DNA of 64,000 bases from Corallochytrium limacisporum Hawaii. Lineage: Eukaryota; Protista; Pluriformea. The notes beneath the pieces were generated by a model. That model was not told where the DNA came from, did no database searches, and was given only the letters and a program-made list of their open reading frames with translations. The stretch's first letter is position 1, and the number at the start of each line of letters is the position of its first letter. Positions 11,201 to 20,626 of the stretch are shown here, in pieces. The position numbers and the translations under genes are program-made. The stretch covers positions 21,266-85,265 of the forward strand of contig PDIP01000113.1 in the NCBI GenBank assembly GCA_002811645.1, in the 5' to 3' direction.

Positions 11201-11663
11201 GCAGCGCGTCAATCATGTGCTCCCGCTCTTCAATTTGTGACCGGAAGAGGGTCTCCTTGCTTTTCAACATTTCACTCAGGTCGGAAACCTGATGCTTCAG
11301 TTCCTTTTGTTTTTTCATGGACTCATCCTGGTGCCGTTCCAGCGCTTCGTCTGTTTTTTTCTTCTCTCGCTGCAGACGTTCGATCTGTCTAACAAGCTTG
11401 GGATCTGCTCCTGGTGGTGGTGGTGCTCCAGAACCACCAGATCCAAGTGCTGCCTGATTAAAGAAACTTTTTGCCTTATCACCAAAAACGGAAAAGCCCG
11501 ATGCTTGCTGCTCCTGTGCAGCATCGTCTAGACCCACAGATTCTCCTTGAGTACGTGTCGCTGTCGCCTCCAGGTCATTTCCGTGCTCCAGACCACTGGG
11601 CTCGTCATCAGGTTGTGGTCGTTGACCAACTGTCTCCAGCCGTTTGCTGAGATTCTTGAACAT
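5265..11663 (-). CDS. GRIP-domain trans-Golgi golgin (golgin-245/golgin-97-like), 2132 aa coiled coil
   Basis: Heptad-rich E/Q/K/L sequence throughout. C-terminal GRIP domain EYIKSLIFNYIMG...LAQVLSTVLEYTPEQRRKI. N-terminus MFKNLSKRLE resembles the MFKKLKQKI/MFAKLKKKI motif of GOLGA4/GOLGA1. Confidence 0.88.
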   Translation of the reverse strand: MFKNLSKRLETVGQRPQPDDEPSGLEHGNDLEATATRTQGESVGLDDAAQEQQASGFSVFGDKAKSFFNQAALGSGGSGAPPPPGADPKLVRQIERLQREKKKTDEALERHQDESMKKQKELKHQVSDLSEMLKSKETLFRSQIEEREHMIDALQSQLQILQSELKERELKRIEQAKASSSSDTSVKDSSGAGGGEAKRNRRKKNPFGDDGDEPISSAGSTVDTSAAKEEVGMLTAENKRLQDQVSRIKEVLENTRAAEKRAQEERSMIQEQLMQMNEAFADQSRQLEDAKKGIAAPASKSGLFTRKGSRGEMQTPKNQSDASEEAQMLREQVTMLRERIMEMSKEQDGGQDGDVKAELENKRREVERLKGTTREQSEKLEKLSAELSSFRDKSGENEQRSEVYRQQLEEHALKSSNEIETYRNQAQRLTEQMGVLQQDLEKSRNEHVQSQQALKDLREQYETSWKQFDAEMTAMRTKLEGGEGGPPTSSKELEEATAELQKQKELAEKYEGMLRKAVPRLKQAEKDYADTKAQLEKLQQSAGGTKTETEEMALKVKSMEDALQSSQEQLQIQRAEAKQAAEEQREADKAMILQLQSDLASTKEDLASSQREQQNVTALLAQKDDGTAIRAELEELKAQMTGTGQALAAEKEQVSVLQDQIAAFQKEAQDSDSHITKLRGELSSAQQGLVSEKDLVESLKKQVADLERSDQETGDEVRQLREELDTATQKTASLENELQQAQQMAQGASSNADEMTALIATLKQELSQAQDSGSAASQQVETVNAENEKLRGLVEDLQQRIESTGAEHDAELNNLRKALQSAESSSGAEVQKLQEHIESLTLQVAEVETVKKQLEESNTRLQQLPQEHAATLETERSAFEKRLQQQADELNREISELADQLANSQETVKELQSNKGQEVQNMQTKMEEAQNALSASKRSHDEVLAAMQQEKTDAEDRIQSLSSQVQELQTQISTKESEVQQIADKVSELEEANDKATSEAEESKKRIEDLTQKARGRIQDLQRQLAEASSASDQSSEQLKVLQTEQETRQAEKEQFLGELQQAKETIASLESTVEETKSSAAASAEELQQQLVTAQSEREQIQTVLNQAQEKITTLESTASEQTHTLTQQLTDAQTALVQEQEKARTLESTASEQSQALTQQLAELQTENRQIQTAFEQAQNKIKILESDASQQSQSLAQQLDEAQSRQRESQASAEALGQKVVDLESKVSALEGELVAAKESSEESQSQLADLERLREEYAKIQGQLETTTEQFNSERENLQQELADAKEQTDKLEIETKQAGATIEQLRQGSSEESKALQSQLTAALEERDKLSGELAQLQESLTTLQAQNESIVKRVQELTAQADADKLTLEQEQQAKQQLQVQLEQVQQTVSELQKGGEESEVLQQQIARAQEDLQTMTTARADAEEQMRSAVSEAQKTEAGLKQQLEDAKQHIEDLQGQLAEVKSETTAAQESVAQDLTESRTTVKKLEVDLESALKENAVSLEQVDALNRRLQGLLEERETLKGESDRSTQQLQTDLDATKGKLESTTGELDSVKEELEVKSKNYTELTDKFKRLQEYGRRLKEERDALQQTTNDNTETITGLKEQFRELSETKAQVEDNNKTLQHNITAATETESMLRQQLEEMDTHRDTLKSEVESLTQFKSTSSQTIADLEAEVESLKRKASELRDELRNNQEATRGEAEHVSDYQTRITELEEEIDRVKRTEGEERDRVTAEMKQRQEELQEELDNAKKNTEAKVEHFESLLARYKRTHQGNKSKIQELTEEKSQIEEKVFEAEKENIRLKKEMVTLRSQSGDLERDVGAKDAEIKRLEEKLDEVAESLHDQEEIGGKIRDLTTELKETKEEVEALEKTKAELRQQLNDAQQGQDEETVRMKSQLHELQLKVGDLEKERDTATSRVTPLEEEIKALKSENQQVEYLKGEIGKLEEDLEERRKQESQLKDARKRLEKDLRDQSQDKKTLQDQIVDYEEEIQDLKSMVVRLEQAQQEQRSSPHGQATTARAASAATGLEMQSEEDNSPLRSAAPQQRPESARHEDLSRVKELEDRIEYIKSLIFNYIMGVDPIKLAQVLSTVLEYTPEQRRKIEEQAQKANAPAGGAFSFLGVR

Positions 11664-12381
11664 TTTCTTCTTTAAAGTTTAATATGTCTACTCTATGCCA
11701 TCCTGGGCTCTGCTTGTTTCAAAGTCTGAACTCCCCGCGACGAAACTAGTTTTGCAAGGCTCGCCACCGGGAATTTCCGTTTGGTGTGTATGTCATTGTA
11801 CAGGATGTGGCCGTGGCATACAAAGTACACAGAGAGCGTGTGACATATACCTACTCTGTTGGACTCCATGTAGTCGTGACATTCGAGAGACTCATTCCCA
11901 GGAGAAAACAAGGTCCCTGACACGACTACACCGGTGCGTAGCGGACCTGCTCCTGGGGCGCGGAAGTGCCCAACGACGCCTCAACCCCTGGCCCACGAAC
12001 AAACAAAAGAAAAAGACAAAACACCGCCTAAACACTCATTGGTCCCGGGGTTTACGTTCTTTTAACTCGAGCCTTTTACGATATTTAGGACAATCAAAAA
12101 GTTTTTACCCTCCGAGCCTACTGCATCGTTTGCTTTTCCTGGGCCGGTTTTCTTGCCCCGCCCCACCCCAAGGGGTCTCACGACCGAGGTTAAAGTGAGA
12201 GACAAAATTATGGACCAAAGAAAAGCATTTATGCTTTGATTCAGAATATATTCCTACAATTAAACCGTTATATCACTCGGGGGCTGTGTGCGAGTGCCAG
12301 GTAATTTTGAGGTGACGGAGTATCTCCGGAACTGTTCTTGCCGGGTTCGCCTGGGAGCCCGCAAAGTGCATTCCTGCACGT

Positions 12382-12741
12382 CTGATGAGCAAAAAGGGGG
12401 AAGATGTTCATAAGTAATGTTAGTAAGGTGAACAAGAAAGCGATAAAGTTAGGATGAAGGTGTGGTAGTGGAAAGGAGACAAAGCTTTGATGTGGACAAG
12501 AGAATGTAACACGCCATCCAAAAGGGAGAACCGTGGGGTTCGGAGCTCTCCACCTGACAATTGTCGTGCACTGCTCCGAGGAGCATGGTTCCATTTTGCC
12601 CAGGTACAATACCCATACCCAGACCAATAAACTGCCGGGAAAGGCTATCAACTGGGCCACAAAAAGCGAACTCTGTCCCTTCCTGATAGTTCTCCACCAG
12701 CCTTGACATCCATGGTTCGGTACTCCAGAGTTGCTACTTAC
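12382..12741 (-). other. Predicted 360-nt spliceosomal intron in the ATG16 3' UTR
   Basis: Minus strand reads stop TAA-ATG|GTAAGT (donor at 12741), then TACTAAC (12425-12419), a pyrimidine tract CTTCCCCCTTTTTGCTCAT and CAG ending at 12382. Confidence 0.7.
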
Positions 12742-12744
12742 CAT

Positions 12745-14457
12745 TTACGGGCTGCCTCTCCAGACATGCAATTCTTTCTTACCGAGAGAGACAAATGTAC
12801 CGTCACCATCGTTCCATTTGACAGACATGATCTCACCTGCGTGAGGGGTCTTTATGATGCTGTCGAGCTTGCCATTGCTCAGTGCATTAAATACATAGAT
12901 ATTGCCATCATGGCCACCAATCGCCACGAACCGTCCATCTGGACTGAAAGTCGGTCTGGCCAGCAGATGACTGATCGTGAGTTGGGGATGGGACATCTCG
13001 AAAAGAATCTTTTGGTCATTTCGGACGTCTACAACATGCAGGAGGCCATCCTTGCCGATTTCTACCACACGATTTCCATCGGAGCTGAGGTCAATACCAG
13101 TTATAGCGGTCATGTTGGGATGCAGTGCCACTTCCCACTGGGAATCGCCGGCTTTGAAGTCATAAAGCCTCAGTTTGCCGTCGTAATGCCCACCAATAAC
13201 AGTCCGTCCGTCTTCGTCCGTGATGGCAATATCACGGCAGGTAGACATGCTGAAGACGCTACTTGACGCCTGACCACGATGCAGGTCCCACAGACGAATT
13301 GTGCGGTCGTGGCTAGCACTGACCACACGAGTCACGTTCACAGCAAATTGTGCAGAGTACACCTCACCTGCGTGGCCGGTGAGTGACTCTTGGTGCCGCC
13401 CAGCCTTGCCCAAGTGCCACACCTGGATGCTTCGATCATTGGAGGCGCCAAGGGCGTACTGACTGTCGAGACTAATGTCCACACAGTTTATGGTCTGCGT
13501 AGCGCGTGACAGCTTCATGAGCTCATTATATCCATCTGCACAATCCAAGACCCGGACGCTCCGGTCGTCACCACCAGTAACGATGCGAAGCCCATCCGCG
13601 GATACCGTGAGGCAGGTCGCATCGTTGCGCTTGCCGTGTGGATTCTCTACCGTGCGAAACACTTCGTTGGGCTTGATGCTCATAACAGACCTAAGACCAC
13701 TGGCTTGAGGGAGGAATTTGTCGATATCAAGAGAGCTTGCGGGTCCCAGCGACACGTTAGCACCGCGAGCGGCTGCTCCGCGCTGAATGACAGTACGCAG
13801 CTTCTTGTCGAGGTCACGCACCCTCTCGTTAAGCTCGACAACTTCATTCATCCGCTCCAGTAATTGTTGGTTTTGTCTTGTGTAAGCTTCTTGCATGTAG
13901 GCATGCTCTTGTTGAGTTTCATTTCGTGCCTTTTCAGCTGCATTCGACTGCAACTCAAGCTCAAGTTTCTCGTCCTGGAGGATACTTATTGTGTGTGCCA
14001 TGGTCTCGATTTCATCCATGCGTCGTCGGACTTCCTGATCACTGTCCTCCTTCTGTTCACGTACATGGGCCAATTCCTCTCTCAAAGCCCGAATTTTGCC
14101 TTCGGCTTCATTTAATCGCGTAGTTAATTGGTCCCGTTCCTTGTAGAGACCCACAATGGTGCCATTCAACTCATCAATCCGTTGCTTGATATCGGCGCTC
14201 ATGCCAGCCTCCAGCGAACCCCGTGAGTTTCCTGTGGTGCTTGCACGGACATGTGCTTCTGTACTTTGTAGCACATCGACTTCTTCTACTCTCTTTCTGA
14301 GCCGGTCACGCTCTTCTTCAGCTGCCTTCAGTTTGCTAAGAGCCCTCTGATACAATTCAATAGGCTGGCGGAAGATGAGATCCTGGTACTGATCACGCGC
14401 TCGCACCCGCTGGAGAAACAAATTCTCCGCAGATACGGTCACTGTCTCTGTATCCAT
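12745..14457 (-). CDS. ATG16: Autophagy protein 16, ATG16L1-type (ATG5-binding helix, coiled coil, C-terminal WD40 propeller)
   Basis: First ATG at 14457. N-terminal LQRVRARD...Y motif and coiled coil with ILQDEKLELELQSNAAE. WD repeats include LGASNDRSIQVW, LTGHAGEV, VSASHDRTIRLWD, GGHYDGKLRLYD, FSPDGRFVAIGGHDGNIYVF. Confidence 0.9.
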   Translation of the reverse strand: MDTETVTVSAENLFLQRVRARDQYQDLIFRQPIELYQRALSKLKAAEEERDRLRKRVEEVDVLQSTEAHVRASTTGNSRGSLEAGMSADIKQRIDELNGTIVGLYKERDQLTTRLNEAEGKIRALREELAHVREQKEDSDQEVRRRMDEIETMAHTISILQDEKLELELQSNAAEKARNETQQEHAYMQEAYTRQNQQLLERMNEVVELNERVRDLDKKLRTVIQRGAAARGANVSLGPASSLDIDKFLPQASGLRSVMSIKPNEVFRTVENPHGKRNDATCLTVSADGLRIVTGGDDRSVRVLDCADGYNELMKLSRATQTINCVDISLDSQYALGASNDRSIQVWHLGKAGRHQESLTGHAGEVYSAQFAVNVTRVVSASHDRTIRLWDLHRGQASSSVFSMSTCRDIAITDEDGRTVIGGHYDGKLRLYDFKAGDSQWEVALHPNMTAITGIDLSSDGNRVVEIGKDGLLHVVDVRNDQKILFEMSHPQLTISHLLARPTFSPDGRFVAIGGHDGNIYVFNALSNGKLDSIIKTPHAGEIMSVKWNDGDGTFVSLGKKELHVWRGSP

Positions 14458-14807
14458 CAAGTCCACACTCGTCCAGCGGTGCTACAATTATGACAGATTC
14501 GCACCTTTACTTTCGAACCATTTCACGGTTTACATCGCTCTTTGAGTACACATGTCATTCCATCAGGTTTCGCCGCTCGCTGATTTCAAAGCGGCTGCTT
14601 AGCGTTCCGAAATACCGAATCAAGCCATACTCTCAAGAACAAGCAGCGGAAAAAAATAACCTTGTACATAGTTATCTCCGAACTGACGTCTCAATCCCCT
14701 TTGGTGCGCGGTAAAGCAGAACAAACCATGTGAAACCAGGACTAGTGCGACAGCTCAAGCTAGGGGCAAGCGGCACGACTCCGACGTGTGGACCGGACTG
14801 TAGGGGG

Positions 14808-14831
14808 ACCCCCCCCCGGGTGGGGGGGGGT
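14808..14831. promoter_or_regulatory. A-C9-GGGT-G9-T inverted repeat in the ATG16/SYF1 divergent intergenic region
   Basis: Sequence directly visible; regulatory role inferred only from position. Confidence 0.4.
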
Positions 14832-15102
14832 GGGCAGGCGCAGTATTGGTTTCCCGGTCCACAAATCCCTCCCCTTGGGGGGAGCGTAGGGTGAGGGTAT
14901 GGTGGGGCGCATTGCGAGGGTGAAGAAGTGGCATTCCTCCTGGGTGGAGGTAGTTCAAAGAGACTCCATGAAGACATGTTGCGAGACACGACAGTAGTGG
15001 TCAGTGTGATCTTGACGGGTGTGTGAGATGATCTGCAAAAGCACAACCAACGCAATGTAAACAAACACTCCATATATTAACAGGAAAATGTGATCAGTCG
15101 GA

Positions 15103-17766
15103 ATGAGCGAAGCGGACGCTACGTTCGAGCGCCAACTGGCGGACGATCCGTACAATCTGAAGCTCTGGCTCCGGTATATTGACTCAAAGGATCCGGGGTC
15201 ATTTATGTTGCTGAAATATGATGCATCAATGGTGGGTCAGAGTGGGTCTCTGGAAAAGACTATGGATGTTCTTGCCCAGCGTTGGATCTTGTATGAACGG
15301 GCCTTGGAAAGTCTCCCCGGATCATACAAACTTTGGCAAGCATACCTAACCGAAAGGAGACGCTACATCCTACAAAAACTTCGCGAAGGACACAGAGGAC
15401 GGAGTAATGCGTTTGGAACCGCGATCAAGAATAGCATCGCCAAGCATATGGAATCGCTGGGTGCCGCCATGCACCGTATGCCCAGAATATGGATCGATAC
15501 TGCGCAGTTCTGTGCCAGTGTGGGATTATACACACGAATGCGCGAAGTTTTCAACCAAGCACTGACTGCTCTGCCCCCCGGCCAACATCCAAAGATCTGG
15601 AGGGCTTATTTAGACCAAGTTGATCTCTGTGGGATACCAGAGCAAATACGGCACGTTTACCACCGGTACTTGCCCAGAAAAGGATCTCTGTGGTCCAGAT
15701 ATCTGCAGACCCTACTGAACTGCGAGGCATGGATCATGGCAGCGGAGGAGATTCAGTACGCCCTCAAACACCACCCTGACATGCTTGCAAAACATCCATC
15801 CTATACGCCACCCACGACTGTAAAGAGCATCGAAATCTCAAATCGAAAACGTTTGCACGGTGAGCTAGATGCCTCCTCGGAAGGATCAGAAGATGAAGAA
15901 GGTGAGAAGGTCCGGAGAAAATCGACACATGGGAGACAGTCGCGACTGAATACGAGACCGACATCCCTGGAGCTGTGGATCTTGCAATGGGCTAAACTTG
16001 TGTCTGTCTTTGCAATGGATATGTCCTTCCCATCCAGCGACACGAAGGCAGGCTTTATTGAATCAGAGTCTGAGATTATGTGCAAAGAGCATGTGGACAT
16101 CCAGGCGCAGCTAAAAGTGTTTTGCTCCAGAGCACTGCATCGTTTGGGAGAACATGATCGTGGCTTGAAAGTTGTTGAAACTGCTCTTGAAGAGGCCGAT
16201 CAGGTCGCCGATTTTGCGTTAATGTTTGAGGCCCATGCAGATCAATTGGAAGCGCATGCGGCAAGATTAGTGGCACGTGCCGACCAAAGCGACGATTCTT
16301 TCGTGGCAGCACAGGCTGAAAAAGCGGTAGAGAGTCTGGATTTCCTACTGCAGAATCGTCCATTGATGCTTAATCGGGTGCTTTTGAATCAGAACCCACA
16401 CAACGTGTACGAATGGCTGAAGCGTGTCGCTTTGACATATGAATTTCATGGGCAGAGGGGCGTGGACGGAGATACAACTGAGCTCCACATCAATGTTCTC
16501 AGCATTTTCGAAGAAGCTACCACGAAAGTTGATCCAAAGCAGACATCGCAGTCTGTGGCTGTGCTCTGGGTTGAATGGGCCAAGTTCTATCTGCAAAATG
16601 ATCAGACGGATGATGCCAGGGCGGTGCTGGACGCGGCACTTCAAGAATCCAACGTGACCTTCCGCACGCTCCAAGAGGTTGTGTGTGTGTGGCGCTTCTA
16701 CATTGAAATGGAGCTCCGCTCCGGTGCCGTCGAAACCGCCCGGGCTCTACTGGCAAAGGTAACAGCCCCCCCAAAGGCACCAAATCCATTGCAAAACCCA
16801 AACACTCCTTCAGATCTCAAGCAAGGATCCATGCATCGTTTACACCGCAGCGTCGAGTTGTGGTCATTGTGGGCGGATTTAGAGGAGAGCCATGGAAGCT
16901 TTGCGGATGCCAAAATAGTTTACGAGGACATGATGAGACTACATATTGCCACACCGCGTACAATCATCAACTACGCACGCCTGCTGCAAACTCACTCATA
17001 CTATGAGGAGGCATTCCGGGTGTACGAACGAGGTCTGGAATCCTTCCACTGGCCATCTGCCGGAGAGCTTTGGAAGGCATACCTGGGCGATTTCATTAAG
17101 CGCCACCATGGCCAAACCATCGAACGGTCGAGGGAACTTTTTGCTGAATGCCTGGAGTCCGCACCACAGATCGCTCGCGTTCATTTCATCCTTCAATACG
17201 CAGATTTTGAGCTGAAACACGCAAAGAATCGACAGCGAGCCCTCGATCTCTACATGGCTGCGGCCACATCGGCGCTTCCGAGGCAGAGATTGCCGCTAGT
17301 GATCGCTGCCCTGCAACTTTGTCACAGGTTCTTTGACGTGGACACGATGCGTAGGGTGTACGAAGATGCATACCAATGTCTTCCTGACCACGATTTTGCA
17401 AAATTGGCCCCTAAATGGGTAGAGAGCGAGCGACAGATGGGAGACATTGTGCGCGCGCAGGCCGTGCTGCGTTCCTGCAGCGGTCTCGCTGATCCATCCA
17501 TTGACCTGGAATTCTGGGAGACTTGGGCGACCTTCGAGGCGGAGCATGGTAACGAGGATACATTCAAGGCCATGGTCTTGGCGAAGAAAGCCGCTGAGGA
17601 GCATTTCCGGAACATTCGTCTCCTAGGCGCCCAGGCGTTTGTCCGTGCCACCGAACGAAAGGACAGCACTGCGGATTCGCGGAAGACTTCCGGCGGAGTG
17701 GCATTTGTCAAGGCGAGTGCGACTGTTGCGACTGATGACAGTGAAGAGCGCGAAGCAGAAGACTAA
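15103..17766 (+). CDS. SYF1: Pre-mRNA splicing factor SYF1/XAB2 (HAT repeats), divergent
   Basis: DPYNLKLWLRYID, YERALESLPGSYKLWQAYL, MHRMPRIW, LLQNRPLMLNRVLLNQNPHNVYEWLKRV, LWSLWADLEESHG, IATPRTIINYA, FWETWATFEAEHGNEDTFKAM. Confidence 0.93.
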   Translation: MSEADATFERQLADDPYNLKLWLRYIDSKDPGSFMLLKYDASMVGQSGSLEKTMDVLAQRWILYERALESLPGSYKLWQAYLTERRRYILQKLREGHRGRSNAFGTAIKNSIAKHMESLGAAMHRMPRIWIDTAQFCASVGLYTRMREVFNQALTALPPGQHPKIWRAYLDQVDLCGIPEQIRHVYHRYLPRKGSLWSRYLQTLLNCEAWIMAAEEIQYALKHHPDMLAKHPSYTPPTTVKSIEISNRKRLHGELDASSEGSEDEEGEKVRRKSTHGRQSRLNTRPTSLELWILQWAKLVSVFAMDMSFPSSDTKAGFIESESEIMCKEHVDIQAQLKVFCSRALHRLGEHDRGLKVVETALEEADQVADFALMFEAHADQLEAHAARLVARADQSDDSFVAAQAEKAVESLDFLLQNRPLMLNRVLLNQNPHNVYEWLKRVALTYEFHGQRGVDGDTTELHINVLSIFEEATTKVDPKQTSQSVAVLWVEWAKFYLQNDQTDDARAVLDAALQESNVTFRTLQEVVCVWRFYIEMELRSGAVETARALLAKVTAPPKAPNPLQNPNTPSDLKQGSMHRLHRSVELWSLWADLEESHGSFADAKIVYEDMMRLHIATPRTIINYARLLQTHSYYEEAFRVYERGLESFHWPSAGELWKAYLGDFIKRHHGQTIERSRELFAECLESAPQIARVHFILQYADFELKHAKNRQRALDLYMAAATSALPRQRLPLVIAALQLCHRFFDVDTMRRVYEDAYQCLPDHDFAKLAPKWVESERQMGDIVRAQAVLRSCSGLADPSIDLEFWETWATFEAEHGNEDTFKAMVLAKKAAEEHFRNIRLLGAQAFVRATERKDSTADSRKTSGGVAFVKASATVATDDSEEREAED

Positions 17767-17866
17767 AGATCTGATTATACTGTTTAAATTTAAATGTCAT
17801 ACGAGGTTCTAAGTCACTGATGTCATCTCGAATATTGCAACGCTGTTGTGATTAGTTTACTCCCAA

Positions 17867-19282
17867 TTACTTGAACATTCTTGCAAACGTTGCCTTTGAG
17901 TTGGCCTCGTTCTGGGCCAGTTTCGCTTTGCAACTCTTCTGGTGTGCCAAGGCATCTGGTTGATTGGGCTGGAGCTGGAGTACGTGTTCAAAGTCCGCCA
18001 GGGCATCCTCAATATCACGTCCTCGGTGGTAGTGGGCGGTCCCGCGCCGTAGCAGAGCCTTCACATTGTCCGGGTCGTCGTTCAGTACTTCCTGACACAA
18101 ATTCACGCAGTCTGCATAGCGCTGCAGCTTAAGAAAACAAATAGCGTAGTTGAGCTTGACCTTGATCATTCGCGCCTCGCTTTTGCTGTAGACGGGACTG
18201 AATTCTCGGGCGGCATTCATCAGTACCTGCTCATCCTCCGAAAGGTCATCGTCGGCATCATCCAGAACAAGGTGTTCGCTGATCGCTGCACGGTTTTTGT
18301 CAACCAGATCAGGTTGCAGCTGCTCCGGTGGCCGGGAGTCAATGACGTTGCTCATATAGGCCAGGGACGTGGCGTAGTGAGTAATTGCGTCCTGATAGTT
18401 CCCTGCTTTGATCGCTTCATTGCCCTGCGCATGCAGTTTGACCGCTTCCTGCGCCTTTTCCACTACCGTTAGCTCCCAATGCTCGCGCTTGTATTCCCCT
18501 GGTGCGTACATAGCCTTGAGTTCGATGCGCCACTTCTGCGACCGTCCGACACTTTGCTGCAAGTCTGCGTTCCGTTGTACTTCATCATGACCCATACCAC
18601 AGCACATGGGTCGGAAACCTCCGCCCTTGCCCGCGAGTTCAATGGGAAGCGAATGATTTGCGTGGTCATTCAGATCACCTTTGCTTTCTCCCTTCTGCTT
18701 CTCCAGCGCCCTCTTCTTTTCCGCTTCTTGCAATCGATGTCGCCGCAGAAGTGTGGAGAATTGCTGGTATTGCGTAATATACTGCGCAGGCACATGCAGT
18801 TCCCAAACGTCCCCGACAGTCATCCGACTGACAACGGCCTCCAAAAACGGCAGGAGAAACTCCTTACCCAGGACGAGCTCGAACGGCTCGCCCAGTCCCA
18901 GGTGTGCCGATGAATCCAAGGGATGTTGCTTAAAAAATACTCTTTGCACACCATGACTGGTGTCAAGGGCAACCCCATTGGCATTGGGCTCTTTGACGAA
19001 GTACCAGGTCTGGAAATGCAACACAGCCTTGCTGCCAGCTGGTGGTTTCGAAACTCTCCGTGGCACGAATGGCTGTCCGTTTGAATTTACCCGGGCGCTG
19101 GTGCCGCCCAGTGTATTGAGTTTAGGAAAAGATTCGCCTTTGACCGGATGCGCATAGATGGTCTCAAACCGAGGACTCAAGGGTAACCATCCGGGAGGTA
19201 CAGGTACTGAACCGCTGTGTTGCCTGACTACACCGACGGAGTGGGCCCCGGCGGCATATTCCTCCGTGTCCATCTCCGTCAT
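17867..19282 (-). CDS. AIP: AIP/AIPL1-like co-chaperone (FKBP-like domain plus TPR repeats)
   Basis: First ATG at 19282. GSKAVLHFQT, GEPFELVLGKEFLLPFLEAVVSRMTVGD, the CCG motif and PGEYKREHWELTVVEKAQEAVKLHAQGN match AIP. TPRs: LNYAICFLKL and DPDNVKALLRRGTAH. Confidence 0.88.
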   Translation of the reverse strand: MTEMDTEEYAAGAHSVGVVRQHSGSVPVPPGWLPLSPRFETIYAHPVKGESFPKLNTLGGTSARVNSNGQPFVPRRVSKPPAGSKAVLHFQTWYFVKEPNANGVALDTSHGVQRVFFKQHPLDSSAHLGLGEPFELVLGKEFLLPFLEAVVSRMTVGDVWELHVPAQYITQYQQFSTLLRRHRLQEAEKKRALEKQKGESKGDLNDHANHSLPIELAGKGGGFRPMCCGMGHDEVQRNADLQQSVGRSQKWRIELKAMYAPGEYKREHWELTVVEKAQEAVKLHAQGNEAIKAGNYQDAITHYATSLAYMSNVIDSRPPEQLQPDLVDKNRAAISEHLVLDDADDDLSEDEQVLMNAAREFSPVYSKSEARMIKVKLNYAICFLKLQRYADCVNLCQEVLNDDPDNVKALLRRGTAHYHRGRDIEDALADFEHVLQLQPNQPDALAHQKSCKAKLAQNEANSKATFARMFK

Positions 19283-20597
19283 GATGCGTTTAGTGCCGAG
19301 TTTGCTTTCGATCTTTCCATTGATTCCTAAGATTTCCAAACCATGGCTGTGCTGACCTGTGAATGCTAAGGAGTTCGCTGTTCTTGTCGATGGCAACAGT
19401 AACGGCTTTCCACCCTGCCATATGAACCAAATGCTTCAATACAAATACCATTGCGATCTGTGCACGTCCGCAAATACCTGAGATATTAATTATCCTGTTT
19501 CACATGTGTTTCCATCATATCCATGATGATATGCAACACGACACGCACACTCACTCTTGGAATGAACAACTTGCAGCCAACCGCTACGATGCACTGTAAC
19601 CGTTCTTTCCAGTCACGATCCCCCCCTCCACCTTCTTCCTCAAATGGCAAGCACCTCATCTCTGTCCCAGGTGACCACTCACTCGCCAACCAAGTCGAGA
19701 GTCCCCGCGCTTAATACTGGGAGAGATGGATCCCCTGACCTATTCGCGTGACCCCTCCGATCTGAACGTCAAAACGCACAGTGAGTAGCTGATGATGCCC
19801 CCGATCCTGCTGTTTTCTTTGCGGCCAGAGAAAAAGAAGGGGGGGGGGGCTTTGCGCGTATGATCTGATCATGCTTTCATTGCGCAGAAACCTCCATCAC
19901 GAATGGACAATGATAAGCTCTCCAAACATGCAAAGAAGACCGCTCAATCCACACACACACACACACACACAAAGCGTACCTTGCCGGGCCAGAGCGATGG
20001 GTGGTTTTTCTTCGATTCCTTTTACCCGTTCTTGAAAGAAGCGAAACCGAAGAGAGTGGCGAAGAAATATGAATGCATGGAAAAGGAAACGCTGTGGCGG
20101 TGGTCCACGGATGATGGAGGTTTTCGTAATATTCACGGGGCTGGGATGGGAAAACGTCGATCGGGCTTGGGCTAAACCCACTCTCTCCCCATTCGCTCGC
20201 CCTTTTAATTCTCTCTCTCTCTCTCTCGGCCACTTTCTTCTTTTGACAGTCGGCGATCGTACGCGGGCCCGCTGCTTCGCACCAAAAACAAAAAAAATAC
20301 AGCGAATAGCGGAGGAAGGGGAAGGTAAGCGGGGGCGCCTGTAGGAATGGGCCCCTCAGTCGCAGTTTTAATGATGATATCCAGCGAGACACTTTGAAGA
20401 ATGAAGAGCAGCAGAGGGGAAGCGCAGGGACACTGGGGACGACATTCCAACACCCCGCACTTGCGATTTGGTTGGCTGGTATTGTGTGCGTGTGGCGTTT
20501 GTATCAAAAAGTGAGGGCAGCGAGCGTCGAAAACCGGACACAAGCCAACCGAACCGGGGCAAGGAGGCCACAAAAGCCATGACCAGAAGAATAGTAA

Positions 20598-20626
20598 ACC
20601 CTCCCCCCCCGGGGGGGGGGAGGGGT
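20598..20626. promoter_or_regulatory. CCCT-C8-G10-AGGG palindrome in the AIP/aspartate kinase divergent region
   Basis: Sequence directly visible; a second C/G switch lies at about 20941-20968. Function inferred. Confidence 0.4.

Noticed and set aside
5416-11531. Many 60-210-aa ORFs antisense to the golgin and other long genes
   Set aside because: Shadow ORFs expected from the codon bias of the real genes; no motifs.
12070-12079. GCCTTTTAC matching U5 snRNA loop 1
   Set aside because: No flanking stem or Sm site.
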